A DNA stretch of 64,000 bases from Sphaerodactylus townsendi (Eukaryota): the NCBI RefSeq assembly GCF_021028975.2, contig NC_059434.1:67642001-67706000 (forward strand), read 5' to 3'. A program made the position numbers and the translations under genes. Position 1 is the stretch's first letter. Every line of letters begins with the position of its first letter. The notes beneath the pieces were generated by a model. The model saw nothing but the letters and a program-made list of their open reading frames with translations. It had not been told where the DNA came from and searched no databases. Positions 23,162 to 34,839 of this stretch are shown here, piece after piece.

Positions 23162-26100
23162 GGACTCATTCATGAATGGTGTAAAGATCACTCAGTTGTT
23201 TTTCCAGGCTAAGGAATCATAGTGGCCTGCAGAAGCCTAAATTCCTAATTGATGTATTGCAGCAGCTACAAGAATAGAAACCCAAATGCACGAAGAAAAA
23301 TCTGATTACATTGTACCAGTATCTAGGCTTTTCTTAATCCTCGGCACTAGAGGTTTGGAAGGAAACTGGTCACAAGCAAAATGTATACAATGGCCAGGAT
23401 TCTGATTGCTGAAGTACATCAGTGGCCCGAGTTAGAATCATCAGTACAAGTAGGAGAAAAGGGAGCAGTCAAGATGGCTCTTAAAGAGGTAAATGGAGAT
23501 GAATAAGAAGGTCTTGGTTCAGGACAAAGCCCAAGACTGGTAATGGGTGAGTGAGATCAGCAGATAAAAGCCCCACTTGGTTAAATTAGTTTCATCAGGC
23601 AAAGGTGGTATGTGTTGTTTAGGGATGTAAAGAATCTTTAGAACAATCCTGCACCCAGGAGACTGGCATTTCCCTCCCTCCCCTCGCTTCTTTCAAACAG
23701 AGCAGACATCGAGCTTCTCCCTGTAAGAAAGAATTATAATGGTGAAACAATCAGATATGGATCTTACATGTGGCACGGAAAAGTTTCTCATACCGTCTGT
23801 GCTGGTTCTGTATATCTTACTGTTCTCACATTACCAAAATTCATATAAGCAGACATATACCTCCTGTTTCCCTACACGTTACCAAACACGATCAGGGGAA
23901 AGTAGCATCAGAGGTCTGGCCCCATTTCTCAGCCATTAATCCATCATATGGGGGGAGAGGGTTGCTGCAGTACATTCAAATCTCATGTTGATCTGTCTGT
24001 CTTAATTTTAAGAGAGTGGTTCTGTGCTGTCAAATAACACTTTCACCAGTACTCCAAGGATGTGTGCTGCAGTAATACCAGCTCTGTGAAAAGCACAAGA
24101 TCTTAATGGATATGATCCATAAAGAGTTGAATAATCCCATGTTTTCATTTCCTGAACCAAAAGGATGAGCAAATATTACAGCTGAGTGATTCTGAAACTA
24201 TCCTTTAAAGGGACACACAAGAGCACACCACATTGCTAACCAATGATTTTAAGGAGAATATTTTAAACTACAGGAATGAGAAAGTCTTTTTTTATCTAAC
24301 TTTTACATTTGCCCACAACACCAATATCTACTATGATTGTTGCCTTAGAATATATCTATTTGGAGGTGCTAGAAGTTGGGAAAGGAGCACAGTTGGTGCT
24401 AAAAAAACAACTCTTTGCGTTTCTTTTCTGAAATATTTCACCAGAGGGAGCAAAAAGCTCAGATATGGATTATTTTACTCAGTTTTGGTTGTAACAGTTT
24501 AATTTCCCCTGAACATTAAAATGTGATTTATTTTAGTAGATTTTTTTTTTAAAAAAATGGAACCAATTTTCAATCAGGGGCAAAAGTCTATGACTCTTGC
24601 GACTCCAGTCCTTGTACAACAGAGTCATGTTTTCACACCATACAGAGGGTGAACTCTGAGCCACACAGAAAACACCACATCATTCTAGCTCAATAGATTT
24701 ATTCAGAATCGTTTCCTGATAGTTAAAATTGCACTCCTTTGCTCTATTTACCATTTTCAAATTATTATTATTTTTAAATACCAACTATTTTCCCAGGTAC
24801 CAATTGCATTTTTCCCTTTTATTTTTACTATTTGATGTTGAAACTATAAAAAGAAAGATACATAGATCTGTTTTTATAAAACTCTCAAGGTAGTATATTG
24901 TGAGTATCCAAACTACACCAAAGATGACATCCTGGTTCCAAAGCACTTTTTTTCTCTCTTGAGCCAAAATTGCTTCCTCACTGCATAAGTTGGTACAAGG
25001 AGAGGACTGTACGTATATGTGTAATACATGCATATATGCTTACATAGTGTCAATCCCCAGATCTGTAGACTAATAACAGACTCTGGATATCAAAATCGGA
25101 AGCCTTTATTGACAGACATAGACTTGTGCAGTTGCAAAAAAAAAAAAAGGCCTAGTGTGGTGTCTATACTATTTATAGCATTGCCTGGCATGCAACTAAG
25201 GAGCCAGGCAGGAGGACTGGACAAAGTTTATCTACAGTGCTTCCTAAATTCTGTATAAATGTGTATACCTTGTATTTGGTGGTGATTTTTATGTGATAAG
25301 AAGTGCCTAAGACAGTTCCCTTATCTGGACCAACTTTTATTGAGAATGAAAGAGGAAAGTGTCCAAGTCATGCATTTCTTCAGGTTGGATATTCCAGAAG
25401 ATGAAAAGATGGTGTGGTTCAGGTACTGGCCTATATCCAGTTATGCATTCTTTCCATTCCCAAGATGGCAAGAATGAATTGGAGTCAAGCCTTAATTGGT
25501 TCCAAAGGCCTCCCAAGAATAAATAAAAAAATGTAGCTAACAAGCAAAAAATCTGGAATAATCTTCTGGCTGACAGGCACCATGGCAGAAAGGAGAGGAC
25601 TGTGCATATATGTGTACAGTCCTTGACCAATTTGGTAAGTGCTGGATAATTCCTGTGGATGCTGTTGTGCAAAGCAAAACCCAAAAAAACCCTCCTGTGT
25701 AACATCACAGCTGAGAGGGGGGCGTTCATATTTAAGTGTTCTGAAGATCTGAAATACTTGGGTTTCTAGGCAGAGCTGTGCAACATTGGGTTGAACTGAC
25801 ACTTGGAAGATGTCAAACGTGCATATGTTGCTCATTGTTTTGACAATTGGCTCGATAAAACTCACATACTGTTGTCCATCAGTTGTCTCCTTCTGGGCTC
25901 CCTTACTTCAACAGAATTTTTCCTTCCTGTGTATAACTAGAGCAATTCGGCAAGTCCATAAAATCATTAGAGACAAGCCCCAGTGGGCTCTATGGTAGTA
26001 AACAATATAGAAGATGTGGAAATTACTTATCAGAAGCCAGGCTTGATTGTGCAATTTTTCACAAGAAGCCAAGAACTGACAAGTCATATCTAGCTATCGC

Positions 26101-26453
26101 TTAGCACAATTCAGTTGTCTTGGAAAAACCCAAAACACGCAAGCAAATATATATTCCCACGTTACTAAAGTGATGGATGGAAAAGGAGACCAGATACTGC
26201 AGTCTTCACAAACAAACCTCTCTGATAGAAATGAAGTAATCAGAAAAGCTGGTAGCTTTGATAGAACTCTTGGTCCCATCTACAATGAGTACACTTGTGT
26301 GTGTGAGGTGCTGTCAAATTGCAGCCAACTTATCTCAACTAAGTATAGTTTTCAAGGCAAGAGACCTTCAGAGGTGGCTTGCCATTGCCTTCCTATATTT
26401 ATTTATTTATTTATTTATTTATTTTATTGGATTTTTATACCGCCCCATCCCCG

Positions 26454-26619
26454 AAGGGGTGTCCAACTCTGATGCCCCAGATGTTCATGGATTACGATTC
26501 CCATCAGCCATTCCCATCAGGGACTGATGGGATGACATCAGATGACACCTTGGACAAAGGTGCTTGTTATCAGAATCATGCTTATATGAACATCTGGGCG
26601 CCAGAGTTGGACACCCCTG
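26454..26619. mobile_element. Palindromic hAT-type MITE carrying a 48-bp foreign insert
   Basis: aggggtgtccaactctg / cagagttggacacccct. Confidence 0.7.
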
Positions 26620-26714
26620 CTATAGAATCACAGAGTCATACAGTTGCAAGAGGCTACAACTCCTTGCCATGCAAGAATACACAATCAAAGCACTCCTGAC
26701 AGAAGTGCATAATA

Positions 26715-26815
26715 ACCCTGGTATTCCTTGGAGGTCTCCCATCCAAATATTAACCAGGGCCAACCCTGCTTAGCTTCTGAGATCTCATGAGATCAGGCTA
26801 GCCTGGGCAGTCCAG
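26715..26815 (-). mobile_element. 5S-derived SINE head; others at ~15510-15650, 17785-17915, 22110-22280
   Basis: Reverse complement gives gatctcagaagctaagcagggttggccctggttaatatttggatgggagacc (5S A/C boxes, degenerate). Confidence 0.7.
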
Positions 26816-27244
26816 ATCAACGTAGCGAGCAGGTTTAGGGGCAGGAAAATGGAGAAAATTCACTTCGGAATGTGCTAGATGACACCTTGGACAAAGGTGC
26901 TTGTTATCAGAATCATGCTTATATACTATTTATGTTAGCTGTCTCGCTCTAGAACAGCTACTTTTGAGTGGGCGGGTTTGATGACAGCATTGAAGCAGTT
27001 GATAATTTCCACAGCACAGAGACAAGAATGATACTGTAAGAAATGCAGGTGGCGTGTGTGTGTGTGTGTCTGCCTATTATCAACATGATAGCTGAACTAC
27101 TTTTGACTGACAGATTATATGTATCTGTAAAGATTACTTTGAAGTTTGTGACTTGTGTAGGCAAGGCGAGTGGTGTTTATTCATATTCAACATGTTCTGG
27201 AGAACAGTGACTTCCTCAGTCATACTATGAACCGGTGGCAGAGT

Positions 27245-27860
27245 GAGAAGTGGTAGAGTTGGAAGGTATCATATAGGCCGTCTAGTCCAACCCCGATTGA
27301 TGCAGGATCAGGTTAGAGCATTGCTGACATTTGTCCACCTTCTGTTCGAAGTCCGCCATAGAAAGGGTGCTTATCACTGGTTGTGGTGGGTTTTCCGGGC
27401 TATGTGGCCGTGGTCTGATGGATCTTCCAGGCTGTGTGGCCGTGGTCTGGTGCTTATCACCTCTCTTGGCAGACAATTCCATTGCTGAACTACTTTTACT
27501 GTAACCACTGTTTTCCTAATGTCCAATCAGGAACTTTCAGTCCATAATTCATATCCTTTATTGCGAGTCCTATCCTCTGCTGCCCACAGGAACAGCTCCC
27601 TGACTGCCTTTAAGTGACAGCCCTTCAAATACTTAAAGAGAACGATTATGTCCCCCCTCAACCTCTTCTTCTCCAGACTGAATATTCCCAAGGCCTTCAG
27701 CCTCTTCTCATAGGGTTTGGTCTCCAGGTTCCTGATCATCCTCATCACTCTTCTTTGCAGCTGCTCCATTCTATCCACATCCTTTTTGAAGCAAAGCCTC
27801 CAGAGATGCACACAGTACTCCAGGTGCAGCTTGACCAATGTGATGTACAGTGGGGTTGTG
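27245..27860 (-). mobile_element. CR1 LINE 3' fragment, interrupted by a Penelope piece ~27378-27450
   Basis: LVKLHLEYCV-LW...QRR...PYEKRLK-LG-FSLEKKRLRGD. Confidence 0.85.
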
Positions 27861-29352
27861 GCCATTTATGCACTTGTGGCCTCCTTCACATTGAGTGCAC
27901 ATTCCCTTTGGACTGGATTCTAAATTACGCACATTGTTTCCCCTCTTTGGAATTCACTGCGCTCTCAGATCAGAGAATCTCCATGGTTTCCAAAACCTGA
28001 TAAAGTGTAACTTTTTCTCCCCCTTGGCAGAGAAAGCGAAGAAGTTCTCCTGAGTTCTCTCAGCCCCACCCACCACACAGGGTGTTTCTTGTGAGGGGGG
28101 AAGGGAAAGGAGTTTATAAGGCCCTTTGAGTCTCCTTATAGGAGAGAAAGGGGGGTTATAAATCCAACTATTCTTTGGGCTTTCTTGCTCCTTCCCGTCT
28201 TCCCCTGCCCACCCAGTAACAATCTCTGAGCCATCATTTTCCCAATCTCCGAGCCATGATCTCAAAGCTATCTGAAGGGCTTTAAAAATATATATATATT
28301 GATGCTTTGGGTCTATTGCTGGAGCAATAGCCCCTTGAAATTGACATGAAATTCGTGGTCTAGCAAACCAATGCTAGATCAAAGTCAGCACAAAAAAAGC
28401 AGCAGAAAGGCAAAAGAAGTGGTGGGCAGGCAAAATGGTGGCTCAGCTCGGCTGGGGACACTTGCAGCAGGAGAATCCTGTTCAAACAAAAGAAAACCCA
28501 CAGGGAAACCCCAACCACACAAGTTGTGAGGTAGGTGGGGCTGAGAGAGTTCTGAACGAACTATGACTAGCCCAGCAGGCTTTATGTGTAGGAGCAGAGA
28601 AACAAATCAAGTTCACCAGATAAGAGTTCACCACTCAAGTGGAGGAATGGGAAATAAAACACAGTTCTCCAGATTAGAATCCACCACTCTTAACCACTAC
28701 ACCACCCTGACTCTCTCTTCCTAAATTGGTCAATCATTGTTATTCAACAAATTCCAAGAACCACGGATCTGTAAGTGGTTATGAAACCACACCCCACTCA
28801 TCTTCCATTGTAGTTTTACATTTCTAGTATGGATGGGGCTTATTGGTCAACTTCACATATATAATACTGGGGAAGTTTTAGGCCACAGCTCTTCTGCTCA
28901 GGAAAGAATCAGAATAACCCCAATGTCAGAACAAGGAATTCTCTTCTGCAGTTCCTTAGTTCTTTGGCGGACATTAATGGCAATTCAGCTGGTTCTACAC
29001 CCAGTAACATTTGTAGTGTAGAAATACCCATAGGTAGTGGCATTCTAATGGCATAAGAGTAATGGCACACATATAGTCTAATGTTTTATTACAGAATGTT
29101 CATACCAAACAGGTTAAATGAAACTCTGGGAATGGTAATTCTGTTACACTGATTGACACCGATGTTTAGGGGCACGTTCTTGTAAATAGTAGACATTTTT
29201 CAGACCATAAAAAATATTAAAACTTCTTTAGCCAGTCTATACATCTAAAGAAACCTAAAAAGATATCAAAAGTCAAGGCTACAGTAATTCTTAGACTGAG
29301 AGCACTACCACAGATGGGGTAACAGATGACCTTCCTTCCAGTAACGGAGTTG

Positions 29353-29442
29353 CTAGACTTCCTTCTTCTTGAGTATCAATGGACCCACGTTATCTCCCGT
29401 TGACTCGTTATGCTTATTGTGAGAACCATCACAGACAGGAAA
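29353..29442 (-). CDS. CISD2: CISD2 exon 3 CDS ([29 protein letters not shown])
   Basis: Polypyrimidine tract and CAG acceptor; CDGSH motif; C-terminal KKEV ER-retrieval signal; total CDS 103+215+90 = 408 nt (135 aa). Confidence 0.98.
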   Translation of the reverse strand, partial: FPVCDGSHNKHNESTGDNVGPLILKKKEV

Positions 29443-29641
29443 CTGGAAAAGAGAAAAGTAGAGGTGACGAGCTTGTGTATTGTGTTTATGTTTATGGAAA
29501 GCCTCACATTTGTGAGCCCAGGTTATCTATGACTGTTTCAGAATACAATCCATACAACCAGAACTGTATGGCCCCTTCTGCACATGCAGAATAATGCACT
29601 TTCAATCCACTTTCACAAGTGGATTTTGCTATTCCCAAGAC

Positions 29642-30120
29642 TGTATGAGTAGACTCCACTTGCCCAGTCCAAGTAAAGAGCAGGCAGACGCCGTGGAGAT
29701 GGGCCATCTGGTGGAGATGCGCCAGCGCGGAGACCGGAGGTCCGCACTCCTAGCTTAGCGTCTCCCGGCTCCGCCGCTCCCTGGCACCTTTGTCATTACC
29801 TATCGGGGGCGTAGGAGGGAGGACCCGGTGAGTTCCGGAGAGCTGAGGAGGTCGAGATCACCGGCAGATGCATGATCTCATCTGGCTCACGTCGGCGGAG
29901 AGAAAGCAGCCGACGCTGCCTGGAGCCTAATCCTCACCTGGGGGCAAGACCATTGTCCCTGCGCCCGGTGATTGAGCCAGACAGTTCACGTAATTCAGTG
30001 ACTCATATGAGGGATGAGGAGTTAGAGGCGATGCTGCCATCCCAAGCGTCAGCAGGTCCGCTGGAGTCGTCCCTTAACGCTCTTACTACGGCACTGCGTT
30101 AACGGGTAGTGCACTACTAT
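29642..30120 (-). repeat. ERV 3' LTR
   Basis: Shares blocks with the 5' LTR (gatgcatgatctcatctggct, ccggtgattgagccagacagttcacg, ctacggcactg, agtgcactacta); PPT (AAAAAGGAGGAG on -) at 30121-30132. Confidence 0.8.
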
Positions 30121-30249
30121 CTCCTCCTTTTTTACATTTTAGGAAAACGGGCAAATAAACGCTGATTTAAAGGGGCTGCATTTAAAGGATTGCCTCCGCC
30201 GCTATACGTTTAGTGCTAGTTGGCAAACTGTTGGTGCAACATTAAATCC

Positions 30250-30700
30250 ACGTTCTGGGCGGGAAAATCACGCGGTAGTTTCTTTACACACGCTATTACA
30301 GGTATTGGTTAGACACGCGATTGTTAACGCAGAAACAAGATCCGGAATAACAAGGCCACAATAATTAAAACCAATGCAGAGCCGTACAATAAGTACCAAC
30401 CATCCTCCGCAGCCAGCCCAGAGTGCACCACCAATGGGGAGCCAAAACATCATACTTCCAGATTAGATACAACTTTGCACAGCTCACGACTTTCATTGTG
30501 GATCAACTAGGAGGAATTACTTTCAGAAAGATTAAAACAACACATGCGTGTACAATCTCACAACTTTGGTGATGTAACAGCAACACATAATCAATAGCAG
30601 TAATCGCATTGTCTTTTAGGGTCACTTGACGAAGTTCCTGCCGTTCCCGAGGAGGCCAGGGCATCCAGAGCGGTGGAGAGTCAGGAGTTGATGGATCGCG
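30250..30700 (-). pseudogene. env: ERV env TM remnant (immunosuppressive domain, CX6CC, membrane anchor)
   Basis: QELRQVTL-DNR-AIDYVLLLHHQSCEIV--MCCFNLSE at ~30520-30640, followed by a hydrophobic WLVLIV...CIG stretch. Confidence 0.8.
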
Positions 30701-32469
30701 ATGCTGGAGCCAGCCACGCCATTAGCTCATACTTGTTAGGAAGCGAACCGGGACTCTAATTAGGAGAGGTTTAGAGACGACTTAACCCGGCTCGAGGATA
30801 CCGCTACGCCCGAGGGCGGTCAGCACATGAACGCGCGCGGCGGGCCCGGCCCCGGTGGTTCAGCATACGAGCAAAAGAAAGCCCGGTGGAGTCGGCGATG
30901 TGAAGAACGCCTTCCTTTCAGGTCCAGAACCAGCCTGGGGAGTGAGCAGGATGTTCCGGAACACGTGGAATGTCCTCCATGTGTGTAGTTCAACCGCCGA
31001 GCCGACGAATACCCGTCATTCTTCAGTTTCGGCTGCGCCGTGATGCGGGCGAGGTGTTGGATCCCTGCGGGTTAGCGACCGCCTTTGGTGATGCGGAAAG
31101 AGCCAGCCGGAGGGAAGCTCGGAGACGGGTCCCAGTCGCCGGCAGAATATCTGATGGATGAGGGTATTCGCGAAGGTTTCAGCCCAGACTCCGCTTAGGA
31201 AGTCTCCGGTGCTTTTGTAGACGGGAGCAGGTAGGAGCTCAGCAGGCGTCTCCCTAATTGTAGGGTACCGTCTAAGACGCAGAGACGCTACAGCGCAGCA
31301 AACCGCCCCATGCTGTCCGCGTTTCAGGGTACGATCGCCATCGGCAGGAAGCAGAGCAGGCAAAGGATGTTTCGAGTTGGTGGTGATGATCGAAAGAGCG
31401 CGCACAGGTTCGGCCGCCTCGGGTGTCTCGCCGAAGAGCCGCTAGGGCTCGGCTGGTGGTCGTTCACTTTTTCCCAGGTCATCCGTCTTTGCCATGACGG
31501 GCTGCTCTCGCTTGGGACGCGGGCGGACTCTGAGATGCGCTCCATCTCCGATGGGTTGAGCCTTTACCACCTGCCGTCGTCATGGCGAATTTGTTCACGA
31601 ACCCCAGTGGAAGAGGCGGACTGAGAAACACACACCCTTCCCAGGTTACTTAATGGGTCCCGCCAAGTCAGTTCTAGTAGCCGGATGGCGGAGATTGGAC
31701 GAAGTTCGGTTTAGGATTTAATATGGAAGCGAAGGCTTGAGCTTGGTAGCCTGCAGGTTGCTTTTAATGCACCTTCCTAAAGTCGCCTTTACACTCCTCT
31801 TTCTTTTTAGTTGTTTGACAGGGAGGGCAGGAGGTAGGCTTAATTCCTGGTGGGAATTGGCTTCAGAGCCGCCATCAGGGTGCTGGCTACGAGGGTCAAC
31901 CGAGCCTCGAGGTGTTCCAAACACGAATCAGCAAATCACAAAGCGGGGGCTTTGAAGCACCTTTTGGGGATGGGTGCATCCGGGAACGACAATCAGGCAA
32001 TAGAGGCAAATTCCTTGCACAAAGGAGAAAGGAAGGGGTTTCGCAAGAGAGTTGTACTTACCGCGGACCTTGGTGGCTGGATGCAGGAAGCTGGATGAAA
32101 GCAAATTTGTGATCAATTGTCTTTGGGAATTGTCACGAGACATCGCCCTTACGGCTCGCCAAGGGCCGGAATAAGTCGAAAACCGAGGAGCAACCCGTTG
32201 GGTGCCCAAGCCGTTTATGGTGAATTTGGTGCGTAGCACTTCTAGTTTAGGCCCGTCCCGACAGTTAAGCGGTATCAGGATCTGGCCCAGATTTTAATCC
32301 AGGAGTGGCCAGTCATTAACTGGCCCCTCCCGCCTCTTACTGGTCGAAAACAGAAGGAGAAGAGGAGGAGAGGGTTCGCCTTCCTGTGGGAGTTAGAAAA
32401 TACCTTCGAGGGCAAGATTGGGATCAATGACCCGCGGCTGCTCTACCCATTCCAAACCAGAGTCGCTTT

Positions 32470-33050
32470 AACCTGACTCATGAGGCCCTTCCCAGAGATT
32501 GACGCGGATATTCCAGATGTATGGACTGTGAGCTGTCAGCCAAGTCCCATTGTTGGATCGCGATGGTGGATGCTCCCGCTCGCCGGTTTGTCTCCCCCAC
32601 CCCAGATGGCAAAGCCCCGTCGCCACTGGTCGGGCCACTCGGCTGCTCTTATGATCGCGTAACATCAGCCGGTGTCCACCAGGCCCCTTGAACTTTACAT
32701 CCTTCAATGGCCAGAATCGTGATATGGACGGAGCTCCGACATGCCTCCACCGCCAGCGGTGGTGGTGGGTTGCGCCATGTTGGTTGCCAGTCAGAGTCTT
32801 TTATTGGCCGGCAGCCGGCGATGGGCAAGAGAATCACGATACAGCTGGTTCCAGCGGCAGCTCCTGTGGATGTTTGTCCAGACCTGAAGGTGGATGGGTC
32901 CTTGTTGGAGTCGACATCACTCGACGATGAATAATCCCGTTCAGCGGCGCAGAGTGCCTTTTGGCAGCATCTAGCCCAATTGTCCCGTAGGGATGGGCTC
33001 ATACTGGGTTGGGGCTTACAAGAACCCCGCGGGGAACTTAAAGGAGATGG
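32470..33050 (-). pseudogene. pro: ERV dUTPase-protease (frameshifted)
   Basis: LVDT(G)ADVT ~32660-32685, VNLWG ~32490-32515; upstream VDSN and GGG-GS-like dUTPase motifs ~32730-32930 (the dUTPase call is weaker). Confidence 0.75.
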
Positions 33051-33149
33051 GCTGGGTGCAGCGCGAGCCGATGCCAATACCAGAGGGTGGTTCGGTGGGC
33101 CTGGCGCTTGGTCTGCTCCCAGTACCTCCCTCCCCTGGTCCTGGCTGGG

Positions 33150-34600
33150 AGACGCCTCGGCGGGAGTTTCCGACGGCAGTCGCTTTCTCCAATGGAAGCC
33201 CCTTCTGGCAACGTGCGGCACCGGGTTTAGTATCGCCTCCTCCTGGGGAGGCCTCCCTCCATCGGGTTGCAGGCCCCCCACCGGCTGCCTACACTCCCCT
33301 CGAAGCGTCCGGTCTTCGTCGCGAGTTGCCAGTCATCCTGCGACTGTCTCCCACGTGGAGAAACGCGCGAGGCTAGCTTGGTGGGCGGAGGACCAATGTC
33401 CTTGCAAAGTTTTGCCGTCGGGCCAGTTCAGGATTTTTGCTCAGGCCCGCGATTGCCTGCGGCACTCCATGGAAGCTGCCCTTGCGGCGATGAGGAGCTC
33501 GCTTGGGCCTCCTCGCTATCTACCTGCCTCTGAGCTCCCGAGCCTGTTCACAAATTCAGCATAGGGCTCTCGGGGTTTTGTGGCCGGATGGAGGAGAAAC
33601 TCTGGGTTGGCTGGCTCGCATTAGACTTTGATAAATGCCTTATAGGCGCACTCAGAGGCTAATCGTAGCGGGTGGCCTCCCAGGCAGTACAATCTGATCG
33701 CTGGGATTGCACAAAAGCATCGGGCTTCAGAGTTGAGCGGCGTGAAGCCAGAGGTGGCCGTTTGCTGAAGCACATTGCTGGCGAACTCACTTTCCCAGAC
33801 CACAAATTGTGCAGGGCCCAGATACGCGAAAGGGAGTATTTTCCAGTCATCTGGAACCACAGGGTGGTTCCGCGATGGCTTCCAGCATGCCTCTCACGTA
33901 GGGCTAGTGACTCACGCACCCGCGATTGTTTATGAGCTCCGGCAAGAGTTATAGCTCAGGGCGTACTGACAACCTCAAATAACTATGCCATCTCGGTATT
34001 CGTAAAGTGGATGGGGCAATACCAATGCAAGAATAGGGTCGGTATCGCTTCCTGGCCAGGGTATCTCTTCTTCTGCAGATCGCGGGCTACACGCTTCCGC
34101 AGAGTTTGAAACCCGCCATTACGGGCTACGAGCGTGCAGTGGCTTCGGAGAAAATGAAGGCGGAGGCAGACAAGGGGAGGGGCGGCTGAGCCGCCGGAGA
34201 GGATTTGAGATGGGTGAAGGGCCCGAGCTTAGGGGGGCAGAAGGAGGATGGTGGCGTCCAATTAGTGGGATAGAGAAAATTCCGAGTCAGAATTGAAGGT
34301 GAAAGATCGAAGTGAGGGCGACCTACAGGCACCAAGGAGCCGAGGGTCGGTGGGCTGATGGCGACAAAGAGCATTGTTCCCACGCTGCAGTAGCAGCTGA
34401 CATCGTTGTAGCGAGGCTCCTGGGTGCTGAAGAGGCGCCTGATGTTTTCCCAGTCCTTAAGATTCAATGTGGCCACACCTCTCCCAGGTACCATGCGATT
34501 ACCGAGCTTCAATCTCCTCTCAACCACTTATGCAGAGCTCCCTTCTCTTTACGGGGACCTACCAGATTTCGCTAACGCGTTCATTCGCCAACGCCAGTGG
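33150..34600 (-). pseudogene. gag: ERV gag (frameshifted; beta-like MA, CA, NC)
   Basis: TLNLKDWE ~34450-34475, MVPDDWKIL ~33835-33860, MHR EPYAEFVNRL ~33540-33575, CCHC knuckle ~33170-33220. Confidence 0.85.
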
Positions 34601-34820
34601 TTGCATCATAAGCCCTGCTTTTGGTAAGCCCTCTATACTCACCGTGTTCCATTCCGACGAGAGGTTCTTAGGATCGCCGCGGTTCTCTGGATGCGCCGAA
34701 CGAGTGACAGGCTGATACCGGAACGGTGGTCCCTGGATGCGCTTGATCCAGCGGATCTCGTATGCTCAGCAGTGACCCTTCCCCAGGCGCCACGGTGAGC
34801 AGGGTGGAGGTTCGAGGGAT

Positions 34821-34836
34821 TCCCGGTTTCGCACCA
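34821..34836 (-). promoter_or_regulatory. ERV primer-binding site, tRNA-Phe
   Basis: TGGTGCGAAACCGGGA on -, 3 nt inside the LTR. Equals the tRNA-Phe PBS TGGTGCCGAAACCCGGGA with two single-C homopolymer losses. Confidence 0.8.
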
Positions 34837-34839
34837 CCT

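Noticed and set aside
26715-26815. 5S rRNA gene
   Set aside because: Partial, diverged and dispersed in several copies with SINE tails.
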